A stretch of DNA of 64,000 nucleotides from Iphione sp. A-MEVVRFRX5. Lineage: Eukaryota. The translations under genes and the position numbers were made by a program. The notes under the pieces were generated by a model that did not search any database, was not told where the DNA came from, and saw nothing but the letters and a program-made list of their open reading frames with translations. The stretch lies in the NCBI GenBank assembly GCA_976226885.1, contig OZ320313.1, positions 157,604,001-157,668,000 of the forward strand, read 5' to 3'. The number at the start of each line of letters is the position of its first letter. Position 1 is the first letter of the stretch. Shown here one piece after another: positions 49,641 through 64,000 of the stretch.

Positions 49641-52600
49641 CAGCTGCCGCCGATTCAGTCACCGTTTAAATAGCAGGACTGAGCGCCACCCCTGGAGGGG
49701 GGGGGGACCCCGACGCAACAGTTGCTACTCACGTGCTCATAAACACAGGTCTGTGTGCGTGCATACAGTGGGCCCGAAGAGATGCATGTCCCTCTCAAAA
49801 GCGACCTTTTGTTTGCTCAAACAGGCAATGGCAGATAGTAGATAGGGAGGCAGACCTTAGCGTTACAGCTATGTGGGGATCAGACATCGACACCGTCTCC
49901 CCCCCCCTAACCTTAAGTTTTGAGTATTTCTTTGGCTACGTCTTCTCCATGTGGTTCACAGCCACATCTACAGTATGGGGGGACCCCCTACTCCTTGGCA
50001 TATCGGGCGGAGTTGGGCCAGAAGTACAACGGCTGCTGCCGGTGTGTATATGCCGGCGTCTAGGCCGCGTCTGATCCGCGTCCTTTGCGACGACCATCCC
50101 ATGAATCAGATCCTCCCCGCTGGCCGCCAAGTCTGCCCCAGATTGCCCACCACTCGGCGGCCCTCCCTGCTTTCCTTGCTTCTTTTCTTCTACTTCCTCT
50201 TGCCATTTTTGCGGTGGATACTACTACCATCACAGTCAGCTTCAGTCCTCTTCACCATCCGTTGCTAGGGTGTCTCAATCTAATCGACGCTACCGTTTCC
50301 ATGCAATGGCGGTGTTTGTCTCGCCCAGAGGAGAGAGATTACAGGCCCATGTCGGGGCTGTAAATCTTTTTATTCCATAGGTCCCCTGTCAACTTTTTAT
50401 ATACTACCCCCAACATCCCTCCAGCGGAGGGATACAAGATTATCGAAGCGATTTCGTATGGACCTCGTCGTGTTTCTTTAATTTTCCCCACATGTGCACG
50501 TTTATATACATCTGTCTCCTCTGCCAAAATAGTGGCGAAAAAGAGACATGAAATGACCCTGAGTTAACGGGGGAGATTTCGAGGTGCGAACTCAAGTTAA
50601 GTCAGCGATTTATCTCTAATCAATAAGCCCCCAGGTGCTATCACCATCTGACAGATGATCCATCACATCTCATCTTACCACAGTGACAAACACGGGCCGG
50701 GGGCTGGTTGATAGGGCTTGTACGACAAGGTAAGGTTTTACATATCGCCTCTGCACTGTGCTGCTACAGTAACCAAGGTGACAAGATCACCGGTCTTTCC
50801 CGCAGGGCAGGAACGGCAACCAGACAGACCCCCACCACCCCGTATCTCTGCCCATGCCAACCCTGTCTCTTCCCCCACCTTGCTTGCGCCCGCCCATTCT
50901 TTTTAGTCGCCATCTCGTGTGGTCCGTGAAGCTCAATGGTGGGGAGTATAGGGAGTAGGCAATTCAATATGTTTTCACTCGATGATCCAGATTATATGTC
51001 CTATCAATCATCGATCATACACCCCTATGATCGGCAGCCAACTTGACCTCATGGGCCTAACACGTTGTTGTCACCTTAACAAGAGCTGTTTGTAGCAAGT
51101 GTGAATACCTATGATCCAGGTATCAACCTTTGATTCCTGAAAGGTAACGTTAGGCCTTCAGGTGATCAGGTTTAAGACCTTCGGTATCCCTTACCTAGAG
51201 TCGGATTGGAAACCAGCGGGATGCACACTTGAAGGTGGTATGCAATTAGTAATGAATGTAGTTTCCTCTCCTCTCTAGAAACAAATTACAGTTCAATCCT
51301 CCGAGATGAAGGAGCCCACTACAGCTGATCATTGACATGCAAATTTCGAAAATGCAATCAGCGAGATAAGGCAAACAATGAAATGAAGCTAGGACGGAAG
51401 GCTGCAGAATCAACTGCGCGAGGTACATGTATAATTGCAGCCAACATAAGAGTGGAAAAGTGCACAATTATTAAAGCTTAAGAATTGATTAATTACATGT
51501 ATTATGCAAAAAAAACCCAGATGTATGTGAATGTCTTCATTGACATTTATACACACTTATGTGAAAAAGTTTTTAAAAGGGCAATCTAAAGATGAGCAGT
51601 AAGTTTACGACGACAAATTCTTGGCTTTGAATAAAGAAAGCTTGTAATCCCACTTTTCCCTTTTTATTGAGGAGTGTATGCTGCACTGTCATTTAATGTC
51701 TACAAATAAAAGCTTAATAATACATACCTGCATCCGACGTAACGGCTTAAGGTCATATTCTTGGACAAGTTCTTTTTAGAAAACATTCTCGGGATATATT
51801 TTACGACTTACTGAGAAGCTGCTCAAAGAATGTATGTACTTTGCATTACAAACCGCATTTTTAACAATATGAGCAGCAAAAATTGTGCCCAGAAGCATGA
51901 AAGCTTTGTAGGATTAGGTAGCGAAAATATTTTTGCACTGGTCTTTTGCCATTCGTAGAATTTCACACAGAAAAGACCAATTGCTATTTCAATCCCACCT
52001 TTTACTCTGGAATTAATAATCCTGTTTAGAAAGCATTATATGTCTTATGGGAGTGGCTACAACGTCAATACATTATTGTAAATATGACTTTCCGCAGGTG
52101 GTAACCCTAGACCTCAGTTTCGTGATCGCCCTACATAAATTTCTCCATTACAATTTTTAAACAGCTTTAGCCAACGTGTTTTGCATTACCTTGAACGTCT
52201 GGTTAGAGAGACCGACATCAGACCATACCAAATACGGCATAGCTGCCTATTCGCAGAAATGTTGGTTCAAAATGTTCCAATTTGGGGTTATATATTTGAT
52301 AAAAGTACTGCACTGCTGCCGATCATGTTTAAGGTCTGAATGACTCTATGTTTGAATACATCGCATATCATCAAGGGATGCCTTTCCTCCATTGGACGGG
52401 GGACCCTTGCGCGAAGCGTCTAGAAGGTAATCGATGTGTAATTAGGGTTGTGAGAAGGGCATCTAATTAACCCTGGCTATTGGGCAAACACAAAGTATCG
52501 GATTCTTGCAAAAAGGAGATTTTCAGGATGATGTCACTGTGGCTGCTAATTAAGATACACATTCCTTTCTTCTCTAATGTGTAAGAAGCATAACACACCG

Positions 52601-52875
52601 TTAATACATAAAGAGAACTTTGGATCAAATGAACTTTTTCCCAATGACCATGTGTGGAATTTCCACATATATAAATGTAAAAAAATGCATGTCTTGTAGA
52701 GTTGTAAGAAACTACACGAACCCACGTTGTGTTTCTCTCGTGGTGTAGGTTCAATAAACCGAATAAGAATTACTTGCATTTTTGCACAGAACATACAGAA
52801 AAAATGGAAACGATGGACCTGGGGGAAAGATAAAAGTGGAGACAAGAATTCGAGGTGAAAGTGGGAGGTACTCAC

Positions 52876-53070
52876 CGCCGGGGTCGCTCGGCTCCGTGCG
52901 ACAAGGAGTTGTAGTATTGTCTGGCAGACCGCCCTTTCCTTACGCTTCCCACACGAGGGTTGGGATTCTTCCAATGTCAGCGAATAACGACAGGAACGTT
53001 GGGACCGCCTCCTCTCCTCTCCCTCCGGCCGGCACAGCAGCCCTGGCCTGGACGCACTGGCGCAGTGCAT
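52876..53070 (-). CDS. Candidate coding part of a distal first exon (65 codons, MHCASASRPG...ARSRATPA, phase 0)
   Basis: CpG-rich region 52.85-53.7 kb, donor GCG|GTGAGT at 52875, in-frame upstream stop. Phase is compatible with exon 276-55. No homology recognised. Confidence 0.35.
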
Positions 53071-56000
53071 ATGGTTTGGGTGTCCTGTCCCAGGGCACGT
53101 GTTTACAAGTCTAGAACGGCCAGGATTCTCCGCCGGTTCATCCGCTTGGTACGCTATCGCTGGCCCTTCTCCTGCCTCCTCCCCCTCCCCCTCGTCGTTC
53201 TCCTCCTCCTTCCCGTCCGTTCCTCCTCGAACGATCCTACGGGGCGCTTTCTACTGAAGCGCTTTCCAATCGCCGGGCGCATCCGCCGGATGAGGCACAA
53301 GATCTGGCTACAATTGGAGATCCGAAAAGACGAATTTAATGGAGCCCGCGGACCGCTCAGTCAGCAGTCAGCATGAGGAGGTGTAAGCCGTGGGTAAAGT
53401 ACCCGAATGAGTTGCCACTACTCTACGGTGGATAAGTGCATGCATGATGGGGCGGTGGACACGGCCCGGCGAAATCCTTTCATGCTTGACTTTGATGTCT
53501 GCCATGCGACACATCAGTCATTCCCCCTCCCCTCCCCCGCCAGCGTCATCCACAGAGCGAGTGGGATAAAACCCCGCGGGTAAGAGGAGACAGGTTTCTT
53601 TCGGCGTTAGGTGTACTCTATGTCTGGGATGGGCCCGTTCGGAGCTGACGCGACAGGCGCCGCGACTTCCAAGAGTCGAGGATGCTTTTTTTTGAGGGGG
53701 GGGGGGGCTTGCTTGACATTTGGGATTAGAAAGTCTTAGCTTCTGTCCGCCATATTAATCATTGTGGACGGAAACCCTGAGAATGTGCTCCTTGAGGAGC
53801 TTTACAATGATGCCCTCTTCACGTCAACCCCCCTCCCCCGCCAAACCCCCGGCCCTTTTTATATTTATTGGCTCTGATCTCATCAATGAGTCGGAGATAA
53901 AAGATTAAAGGAAAACCCCGTGAATGGTTCAAGACCGAGTTCATCATGTGAAGTGTTTTTAAAGGACAAGAAATAACACGTTATCGTATTCGCCGTGTTG
54001 ATCTAACATGTGGAAGGATGAGCGCTCCATGGAAAGAAGGAAAACTGCGTTTTATAGCATCGTTGCATTCCTCGACGAACCCGTGTTTTCACAAATTCGG
54101 AATGTTGGGCCGAAGAATAAAAATACTCTCGCGACTAGTGGGATCACCGTTTGAAGGGAAGAGACTCAAGGCACTCTTAATATGAGCACACAGGGATGTC
54201 TACACCAATTGACTTTTACATTCATCGCCCACCAATGTTAAAAGACGTGTTTCTGATTCCATACCGTCCATCACTCAGTTTTCCTAAGTTTCAGTCGCGC
54301 ATGACTGCACAATACAAACTTCCCTTTCAATCAAACCAAAATGGAAATAAGTCCGTTTTGGCAATACATGTACTTTCTCAGAGCATGGACCTTTCTTTTG
54401 TAGGTAAACCTCTGTTTGGGGGCAGTCCTACACGTCTGGGTAGTGTATGCAGCTTTAAAGATGATTTCTAACGCCATATGGGAAATCATACTAATGTTTT
54501 CGTTTTCAAAGAATGTTAACACGCCTGGGATTTGTGGGAGTGAATCACTGCAAACTGTTTTCGATAAACAGGTCACAAACCTCGGTTTGATCCTTAGTCC
54601 CGAGCTTCCACGTTCATAAAAGCTAACATTCACAAATTGTGCGACTTGCAATTAGAAATAAAACCCTCAAAAGTCAATACATCTGTTTAGTACATATTTT
54701 CATACATCTATACAATTCCATTTTGCGACAGAAATATTTCTATGGACATCTGTATACCTATATGCATGACAGAATAGCCCCACATAGTTCCATATACTGG
54801 ATGTGGACATTTGCTCTGAATAAAATACAATATACAATGGGTGTGATTGACCTAAGAAGGGTTGGTGCTTCATATTTGGGCCATTCTTCACAGGAACTTC
54901 CTTCGCGGTCCAGCATACAAAACAATAGAGCCCAAAAGAAGGGCAACATCCAATTTGTGTACAAAGGCCTCCTGCTGGTCATATTAATGCAAAAAGATGA
55001 AGTACGACATGAGAGCAAATGGGATGGTAAGTGAACGTCGGCAAAGTGTCTCCAGAAAACATGGAATATGATTTAAAGAAAACAGAACAAGATTACACAT
55101 AACGCGACAGGAATGAACAGTGTATGATCATTCACTGTTTTTACCATAACTAACGCGTGTCAACAAGGCAAGTATACTGGCTGAAAGGGATGGAGTCTGA
55201 CAATTCGATGCAAACTACACAGACATTATGGCCCAAACCTGCATGACATAATGAGCATCATTTAAAATGATTTCTGATCGAGATAAAGGGAAACATTTGG
55301 CTACATGTTACTTCAATAAAGGAAATGACATCCTACACACATTTTAGGCCTACTATTTCGGGACTGTCTGAACATAAAGTTCGAGAGAGGTTATCTCCAT
55401 CTGCATAAAATTTGTGAAATTTGAGAAAAATATTGGACAAATTTACAAAACCACGCAAAGTATGAAACTAACTTTGCCCTACGTGCCGATGGTCCCAAGT
55501 CCATCCAGCAAGAATGTGATAATCTTTGAGAGATATTTATATACACCACGATCCAGGCGGGCTCCTATTGATACCAACTTTCCGATTCCCAACAGACAGA
55601 GTAATCTGAGAAGCCTTGTCCATTTGATTGCGGAAATTGGTTCACTCTGCCGAGGTCACAACTCTGAAGGAAAGGTACTTCCGCTGACTGCAAACATGAA
55701 CACGATTGGTAAAGCCTTGGACGTGCGGCTATGGCGTCTGAGAAGTAGCCCCCCTCTGGTTACAAGTCGACTAGGCATGAGCTATGCCATACAATATTTG
55801 CAGCGAAGGATCAGCTTCTGGTGGACAGTCATGACAATCATATACACGACATCTGAAGCTAAATTGCCCCTACGAGATACAAAGAATCACATCATGCCTT
55901 TTAGGCTGTTCTAGTACTAACAGGCTACCAAACGTTGAGATACATTTAGATGTACGTCATAACCAGGTTGTAAACTTGTAACACATATACGTATACAATA

Positions 56001-59000
56001 GAGTCCCTTAATGTGTACACCCTCAAATGAGGTCAATGTTTACCATGGACAGTAAAGCCTGAATTGTGTAAACGCCTGTTATTGCCCACAAAACATGATA
56101 TTTTGAAGGATAGCCTGTTTTCCATATGGCCATATGGAATGCATGTATGTCTGGGACACATGCGTTTAGGGGGATTTATGGTATTGTGAGAATGAACTGA
56201 GACAGTTCCTTAGGTCTGGTGCAGTACATGTCCATGTACCTGATGTTCATAATGAGCAATGTCTGTGAATTTTCAATATGCACGGACCACGGAGGGATAG
56301 ACATAGAGACATGGAGAAACATGTAGAGAAGGCCAAGTAGTACGTACAATGCAGCAAAATCCAGAGAGCTTTATTTGAATATTGGCATTGAACGTATACT
56401 CTGGCCAACTGGGTGGCACCAATGATGCAGCATGGTAACAAACTTTATGTATGGAATGTTTGGGGGGACAACCATCATTGAATTTGTTAAGTTTTTCTTT
56501 TGAGTAATAAAGCCTATAATAACCCCAATTTTGTGTGTTCATTGTTAGCTATTCTCTATGCATGTATATACAATGAATATTGTACATGGATTATAAATAA
56601 ATGTAGTAGGAGAGGGAGACAAAAGTTCTCAGAATGTAACATGTATGTATACACAAGAAAAACTGTCCATCCGGGGGTGTCCAGAAACACCTTCTGAAAC
56701 ACCAGTTTAATCAGATGCTTCCTGCAGGCACGCCTCAGAGTTGGACCTATGGAAAACCAGCCAGTTTCACTACCTGTGTGCATGCATACTTCTATGTGTT
56801 TTCAATGCATCTTCATCCACTGTAGGGTGCTACCCACATGTATCCGTACGGAAAACACGTCTACGTGTCCGGAGCAGTAGTATTTACTCCTGCTCTGTGT
56901 ATTTTAAGTACTTCCATATGCTAACCAGATGTCTTTTCATGATTGTATTCTATGGAATATGGATCTGTATCTAGCAATGTAACACCATCTTTAAAAATCT
57001 CTTCTATGACATTAACACTGTGTATGGTAGGTAGAAAACACCTTTTCCTTCATTTCCTTTTTTGAATTTTTAAAATTGCACAAGTGGTTGTTGACTTATG
57101 CAATGTTTTATGCCACAACAAGGGAAGAATTTGGTGAGATATTGTCCTATGGAACAATGCAGTAAACTTACTAAAATGTGGTACTATGAGAGATTTTCTG
57201 AAACCTTTTCTTTACTTATGAAACTTCATACACAAAGGTTTTCTGAGATGACAAATTAATTGGTAGCATTTAAAAAGTATTTTCATTAACTATACTAAGC
57301 TTAGCTTACCAAACAAGCAGCCTGATTGTGAACAGAGGATATGTAGAGAGTGGGACGTAGTTACTGTCACTTAATTTCCCTCATGCCTAATTCATATACA
57401 ATATATACATATTATACATCAAATTAAACCTGAAAAATTAGGCCCTATCATGGTATATGGCCCTTTCTGTTATCTAATATTCCCACTGAATGCTAATGAA
57501 TAAGATCTTTGAAGTATTTTTTAAAATAAAAATATATAAGATAGAAACTTGCCTTAAACTTTATAGGAATGAGCAAGGTTTCAACTACAAGACTGGAATT
57601 TTCAAAAGGATCATTGCTTGGGAAATAGAGAGGCCTTTTAGTCAAAGTTACTTTGTATGCTTCAGTTTGGGACCATGTTTCAGACAGGAAACAGGCTGGC
57701 TGTCAATGATGAGGATTTCCGCTCCCAAAGCCGCTTAGTGCACGTTGCTACTGTATCCATACAAAAATCCATCCAGGGATGGGTTTTGGATATGTCCACA
57801 GATTTGTACTCACTTTGAATGGATACATGTGAAGAGATAAGTACAGTTGCTATCTGCAGAAAAAATCTGCCCACAGAGCCGTATCCGTTTTCAAATAAAA
57901 TTGATACATGTGAACATCCTCTTACAGAGCAGGGGAATGCATGAGAGGGGGGTTTTTTGCTTGTCTTTGCGTTATGCAATTTCCTGTACATTTGACTCAC
58001 ACACAAAATATACAACAGAGTAATAACTGAAGCAATGAGCATTTTTTTTCCTGCAAATGTCCTGAAAATGGGTCAAACGTGCATTTTCCTGGCAAATGCC
58101 CTGACTTGGTACTATTTTTTTTATTTAAATTGGCCATTTTTCCTGTAAATGCTTTGAACTTGTGCCAAATGTGCATTTCTTTCCACAATTTCCTGAATTT
58201 GTCCTATACCGTGTAATGTTTGTGTTCTATATACTAATCATATGCAAATTAAGTCTGTTTCACATCCTAAGGTGGCCCTAGGCCTCGGTTCCATTCTCTA
58301 CCTGTATGTTTGCAGGCATTTGCAGGAAGTTAACAGTCACCTTTTGAAAAAAACCAGGAACACACACATAACGTATACACACAATGCAGGTATGGAAACT
58401 GGCCCATTGATTTTAATCTGCTTGTAATTTCACACAAACCGAATACAAATTATTGCAAGCATAGAAACTGGCTCCAGTGTTGTAGTGTCTTTGATGCCAA
58501 AAACAGCTGGCATATAACGAACATTTTACGCATGTGGCTGCTACGAATATTGTGAATTCTGGAGGAATCCCGCAAGTATAAAATGTTTTTCAGTTCATTG
58601 CCGTTTCAGGAGGATTCCAATCATAATTGGTACATGCCGTGTGTTTGAGTAAGTGTAAATATCTAGATGCTAACTTTTTTTAGTCGAATTATTTACGCAT
58701 CCTAATTTATGTATCTGCCCTAAATTTTACGATGTGTTTCATTTTATATAAAGCACGTGCATGAAAAGAGGGAAAACGCCAAAAGTAACGAATTTTTTTT
58801 ATTAAAACGTGTGCATTTACAGGAGCTGGGACCCACTTTTTCAAGTTGTCCCTATACAAGTGATGTATTGTTCCCGCCCTGTGTCTGGGAAGAGACACAG
58901 ATAAGACGTCTGATTTATTGCCATGTAATTAATAATACTCAGTAAGCGGGAGGTTCGTATCATGATCCATCAACATCGTTTAGCTGATCTCTTCCGATTA

Positions 59001-59439
59001 CTTAGGTGATTCTTTATTCTGTAGAATGGATCACTATTGAAAGGACACACAGGTCTGGAGTTTCCTATCATTGTGAAATCTCATCCTAGTCTCGAGAAAC
59101 TGCGAAGATTGATCTGAATAAACTAATTTCACCCTCGAACGATCAGAATTATATTTGTACACGGAATCGATCTTGCAATATAACGATGTCGTGTGTCTGT
59201 AAACATCACCAAATCCACAACAGGTAGTAATTTCTGAACGTATGCCTACGAGGACACACTGAAGAGGACAATTGTCCTCGTTATCCGAACAGGACGCGTT
59301 TCTGTTGAGGGGGATTCGAATAATAGGTTCGTTTTGAAAAGAGAAACGGCCATATGTGAACTATAATCAAATGCCTACAATGAATTGTGTTCTTATGAGA
59401 AGATTCGCATTCTGAGTTTTTGGTATGCGGGGGTCGAGT

Positions 59440-59461
59440 GTATATATATATATATATATAT
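59440..59461. repeat. (TA)n microsatellite
   Basis: Directly visible. Confidence 0.9.
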
Positions 59462-62400
59462 GGCAATATAGAATGTAAAGGGTAAATTAGACAGGAGCAC
59501 TACTTCCGGTCCTGTAGGTGTGGTCGGGCAGAAAGGGGAGGCAAAACGTCTTGGGTTCTTTCACCCTGTAATTTCAGCACGGCAATCGCCATGAAATGTT
59601 GTTTTGACGGGTTTCCATTTCAACCAGCTTGAATACCCTCCAGCAGTTCGCCGTCGAGCCCAAGAACTCCCACAGAGTCACATCGCAGAAGTAGAAAAAA
59701 GATCCACTCCAGCCACTTCGTCCTGCCCTATCCTACCACACCCTCTCTGTACCGTAGTCTAAGGAATAAGGTCGCCATCTCCTCTCAAAAAATCTGACAC
59801 GAATGAGGGAATTCCCAATTGAAATTTAACTAGAAGTGCATTTTGGTTTCATAATTTAAAATTGAACCTAAGGCGAGTCTACTGTACACGTACATGCTAC
59901 CTAAATCATATGCACCGGTAAGGTGTGGCTACTAGCACTTTAGACAAGAATGGCTGTAGTGCATGTTACATGTGGGAGTCACGAATTCTCTGCTTCTGTC
60001 CCTCTCTCTCTCTGTTGGGCCCAGCAAGCATCAGAACCCCCTCCCACCCTACCCCGCACCCTCCAGCTATGACGTACTAGCTGCTTGGGCCCAGTAAGCA
60101 CCTGTCAATCACCTTAAAGCACCCAGTTAGATTTTGCTCCCACCCTTCCTTTAGGCAGTCTTTCCATATATCTGACAGCTGTTTCGGACACAGGGGGCAT
60201 CCATGCAGCACACAGAACATGGTATGGGAAAGTATACCTATGTGTCGGTAGCTAAAACAATAGATAAATAGACCCCTATGAGTACTGCTGAGAACTGATA
60301 TTACTAGAGAATCAACAGAAAATGGATGATAGACACAGACATCGTCTCCAGACTTACCACTGCCTACTCGGTTTTTCATCACGGAGACGTGTTTGTGTCT
60401 GTACACTTTGTACACATGGGAATGAATCATTAGAACGGAGAGAGATTGGATGTCACACTGTCCCAGCCCTGCATCCGTGACCATGATCTATGTACGCATG
60501 GAAAGACGCCCTTAGTCAGAGGTGAAGTAAGACCATCCCATGCCAGCTAGGAGATGCTCAGAGATCAACGACACGAGTAGGCATGGCCACTACCACCACC
60601 CCTTGCATTAGCGGAGGTCACAACACCACTGTAGCTATACTTAACTATACGTGGATCTGACCCTAACTGAAGACTCTCATGTACAATTTTAGTTTAAACC
60701 CATGTACAGATTTTGATCCAAATCGCTATCCTTCAGTTCCAGTCCAACAGCTTCGGAATTGACCCCCAATAGAATACATAAATCCATAATTGATGTTTCA
60801 TAGCTTTTAGTTTTAAAACTGTCCACTTTGTTTAAAGCGTCGCCGATCTAGAAAAAAAAACATGTTAATTTCTTTCAACAGTGATAACGGAAGGCAGGAT
60901 TCATCGTATATATGTTTTTATTCGCTTTATGCAGAGAAAACAGCGGCCAATACTTGTTCTCCCGCCCGGAACATGGGTAGAGTTTGTCAGGAGAGATTCT
61001 GGAGCGCCCGGTGGCCCGGCCGTCTGTGTGAGAAAGTAATTCCCATGCATGACAAAGAGATTCTGGTGGGGGTGGGGGTTGGGGGGGACGCGCACAGCCC
61101 TGATCTGCCGCCAGGGGCGTGATTTCTTGTGCTACCCAGTGGCAGGTAATGCCAATGTACACAGTCGGTATAATACAACGTTAAAGAGAGTCGTTTAGTC
61201 TTTTCGCTGTAGCAAAATATGGAATATACAAGTGTCGGGGGGAGGGGAGGGGGTTGAGACAATCATATTTTATAGACACGAGGCTATGTCACATCTACAG
61301 GTTTTCCTCTTCTGTACAAATGATCGTTTACAATACACGCTGTACTTGGCTTTTTATGCTTCCGCGACGCAGTTCATGTCACCATCAACAATATGGGGAC
61401 AGTCGGCATCACTGGTTCAGAAAACGGTCGACATATTACAAGCTTATTTACAAGTCACCAAAGTTTGAAAAGGAGGAGGAGTTAAAGCCTTAAGACACCG
61501 AAAAAAATAGAGGGGCAATTAATGAACGTAAGTAATTCTGTGGTTATTTGGCCCTTACGAGAGTTAGCACTGTAAACCAAAGGCACATAAATTTGTCAGC
61601 TGCGTCCTCTACTCACCAGGGCTAAGTGTATAGCATTACGAAAACGCTTGCTTTCTCTACATACACATATGTTCTATTGGTGTACAGGTTTTATTTGTTA
61701 ATGTTAACCGTGACTAACATATGACAATATTATTCCTGTGTAACGCTACTGAATAGATATCGTTCCTTACAATTTTTTTTTACCCACATAATTATCAGGT
61801 ACATACTCGGGGCAAATTTCCTTTCTCCTAAACAGGTTTACAGCGGTTTGTTTTACATCGAAATTGCTGGTTTCAAATGCCCCCATACTATTATACTGAT
61901 TATGCGCAACAATATTAGCACGGCTCTGACAAAGTCGTCCGCGACGACCTGTTACAGATAAGACCTTACAAATAATGGTTAAGCGGTGACAGTTTGCTTG
62001 TTATGCTTCACATCTGCTACTCCGATCACTATCTATAGGTACTGGTCACCATCACCACAACGCCCATAGCCTGTACTGTTTACATGAGATATATGGTTCA
62101 GTGCAGCTGACCCTTGTCAACACTGCACTATAGGATACCGGCCCGTAGTGGATTGTAGTGCCACGCTACCCACTTGTATAACGATGACCACACAACAATA
62201 AAGCATCAAGCGATGGGAGGCTGGCCTAACGAGACGTTGAGTGTTTGTTCTCTGGTAAGACGTGTAAATAACCCCGTACCATTGACAAAATGGTGACGCC
62301 AGCGGAAGGAAAGGTACAAATGTCGTCTGCGGACTGTAGACGTGGTGAACATATGCGAGGACACCAGCCTAAACCGAAGCTACCAAGCACAGAAAACATG

Positions 62401-62517
62401 CGTGTCTGGTAAGTGATAACGACGGAGACGAACACCAAGGCTTCAAACTCTCCATTCAACCAACTGCACTCGAAATAAAGCATGGATGGTAGAGGTTCGT
62501 CAAAGACTATAACATTG

Positions 62518-62557
62518 AAGTGTGTGTGTGTGAGTGTGTGTGTGCGTGTGTGTGTGT
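62518..62557. repeat. (TG)n microsatellite
   Basis: Directly visible. Confidence 0.9.
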
Positions 62558-64000
62558 TTGGTTTGCTAGCTTAGTTGGGTGGCTTACAAGGCGGGTTTAG
62601 TCCGTTAAACTGGAGAAGGGGGGGGAAAAGCAGTCGATCAGCCATCTATGTTTAAATTATTGCTTGTCATTTCAAGGCATGTCCTGGCTGACAAAGAGTT
62701 AACTTACTTAAAAGGTACGGTGTTGGAACTACTCTGGAGGATGCCCACAGAAATTATACACCAAGATGTACAAGGCAGACCGTATATCTCCTCTCACTGT
62801 CACTAAAGACTGTTACTGTTACAAAGGTATACACTTCTCTCCCAAGTCTCGCACATCCTCCGGAGGGCCACCCCCCATGGGAATAGTGACAACGCCAGGT
62901 GGCTCTCGCACATGTGGATAGGAAATTCACTCCATACACTAACCAAGTATCAGATCACAAACACTTTCTTCCCAAGGACAATAAATGAAAAGAAACGAAC
63001 CTACGTATCTATACAAATCAATACAGGAAAAATGTCTTCGTGTTAAATGAGTAACACAGAGTGGGGAATGCCTAATTACATTAACTAGGATTTCTGGTAT
63101 CCGCTTGACATCGTCTGAGCCTAATTTTTACACTCAGAATCACTGGGAAGGCCAACACAACTCCTTTAAGTGTTAACATTTCCACGTAATTTCCTTTCGC
63201 ATTGACGCTGTTACCGGCATGGTCGACAAACATTTATCACAGATGAAATGAAAACAAATGAATAACGACTTTTTTTTTAACTTTCTCGGGGAGGAAGGGG
63301 GAAGGGGGTTGTATAGGTATGGCCTGGGCAGGTATAACGAGAAAACAACCAAACGTTATGCGTGGAAGAAAAAACACAACCTTGGAGCTCCTCAAGTCGA
63401 AAGGAGTGATTCCATTATGATGACTATCATCAACTCGTTACTATTTTTTGCTATTGATATACAGGCATTATATATATCTTACCAAATGACTAATGCATAT
63501 ATGGAGATATCGTTATAGGTAGTTGGTCAACGCGACCGATAGTGACTTTCGGGAGTAATTTATTATTTGAGTTTAGAGGGCGATTTTTTTTCTTCCTTTT
63601 CTGCCGAGCACCATATTAATATGAGCGGCCAGACATAGCTAATGTCCGCCTGATGGCTGTAGGGAGTAAATACAACTGACCGAAAGCAGATACAATCTCT
63701 ACTCTGATTGGTCCATAGTTCATAGAATCTGATGCCAACGAATACAACTACAACAGATACAGTAGTCGGTAGGCTGTGGGTTAGTCTTATCAGTTACCTG
63801 TATTATGAGCAATATGTAGTTTTTTTGTCTTTTTTTCCCAGTCTCGTTTTTCTTTTTTCTTCAGAAGGCCACAATTGAGGTTAATAATAACGTACCAAAA
63901 ACAAACCGAACTATTCCGAGGGTAGCTCACCTTGGAGGTGTTCATTCATACTGTACACTAAGAGCCCGTAAAACGGAGAAACGTCCCTTTTTTTTATATG

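Noticed and set aside
51780-52300. KGGIEI...FY fragment reminiscent of a LINE C-terminus
   Set aside because: Single weak motif with stops nearby.
55414-55914. 166-aa ORF
   Set aside because: Non-ATG start, no domain, no splice support.

Overview
Eukaryotic genomic DNA: spliceosomal introns, microsatellites and one N-gap. The repeat and transposon repertoire suggests a marine invertebrate deuterostome such as a lancelet, but this is inference only. Most of the window is non-coding and may be the long 5' introns of a minus-strand gene; one well-supported internal exon lies at 276-55 and several candidate alternative first exons lie at 18.6-53 kb. The informative content is mobile DNA. (i) Two divergent, intron-containing Crypton-A tyrosine-recombinase (YR) transposons with intact catalytic residues (24615-27431 and ~31139-33476). 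(ii) A 6.46-kb non-coding element with DIRS-type termini (short ITRs plus a perfect internal complementary region) carrying a 15-copy ~232-bp highly self-complementary satellite (5891-12354). (iii) Several PIF/Harbinger-type MITEs. Main observation: all three YR-type elements share one end topology, 5'-a ... a'-b-loop-b'-3'. Each carries an internal reverse-complement copy of its own circle junction, so circularisation would complete a long hairpin. In both Cryptons that hairpin is capped by a C(GCA)G triloop.
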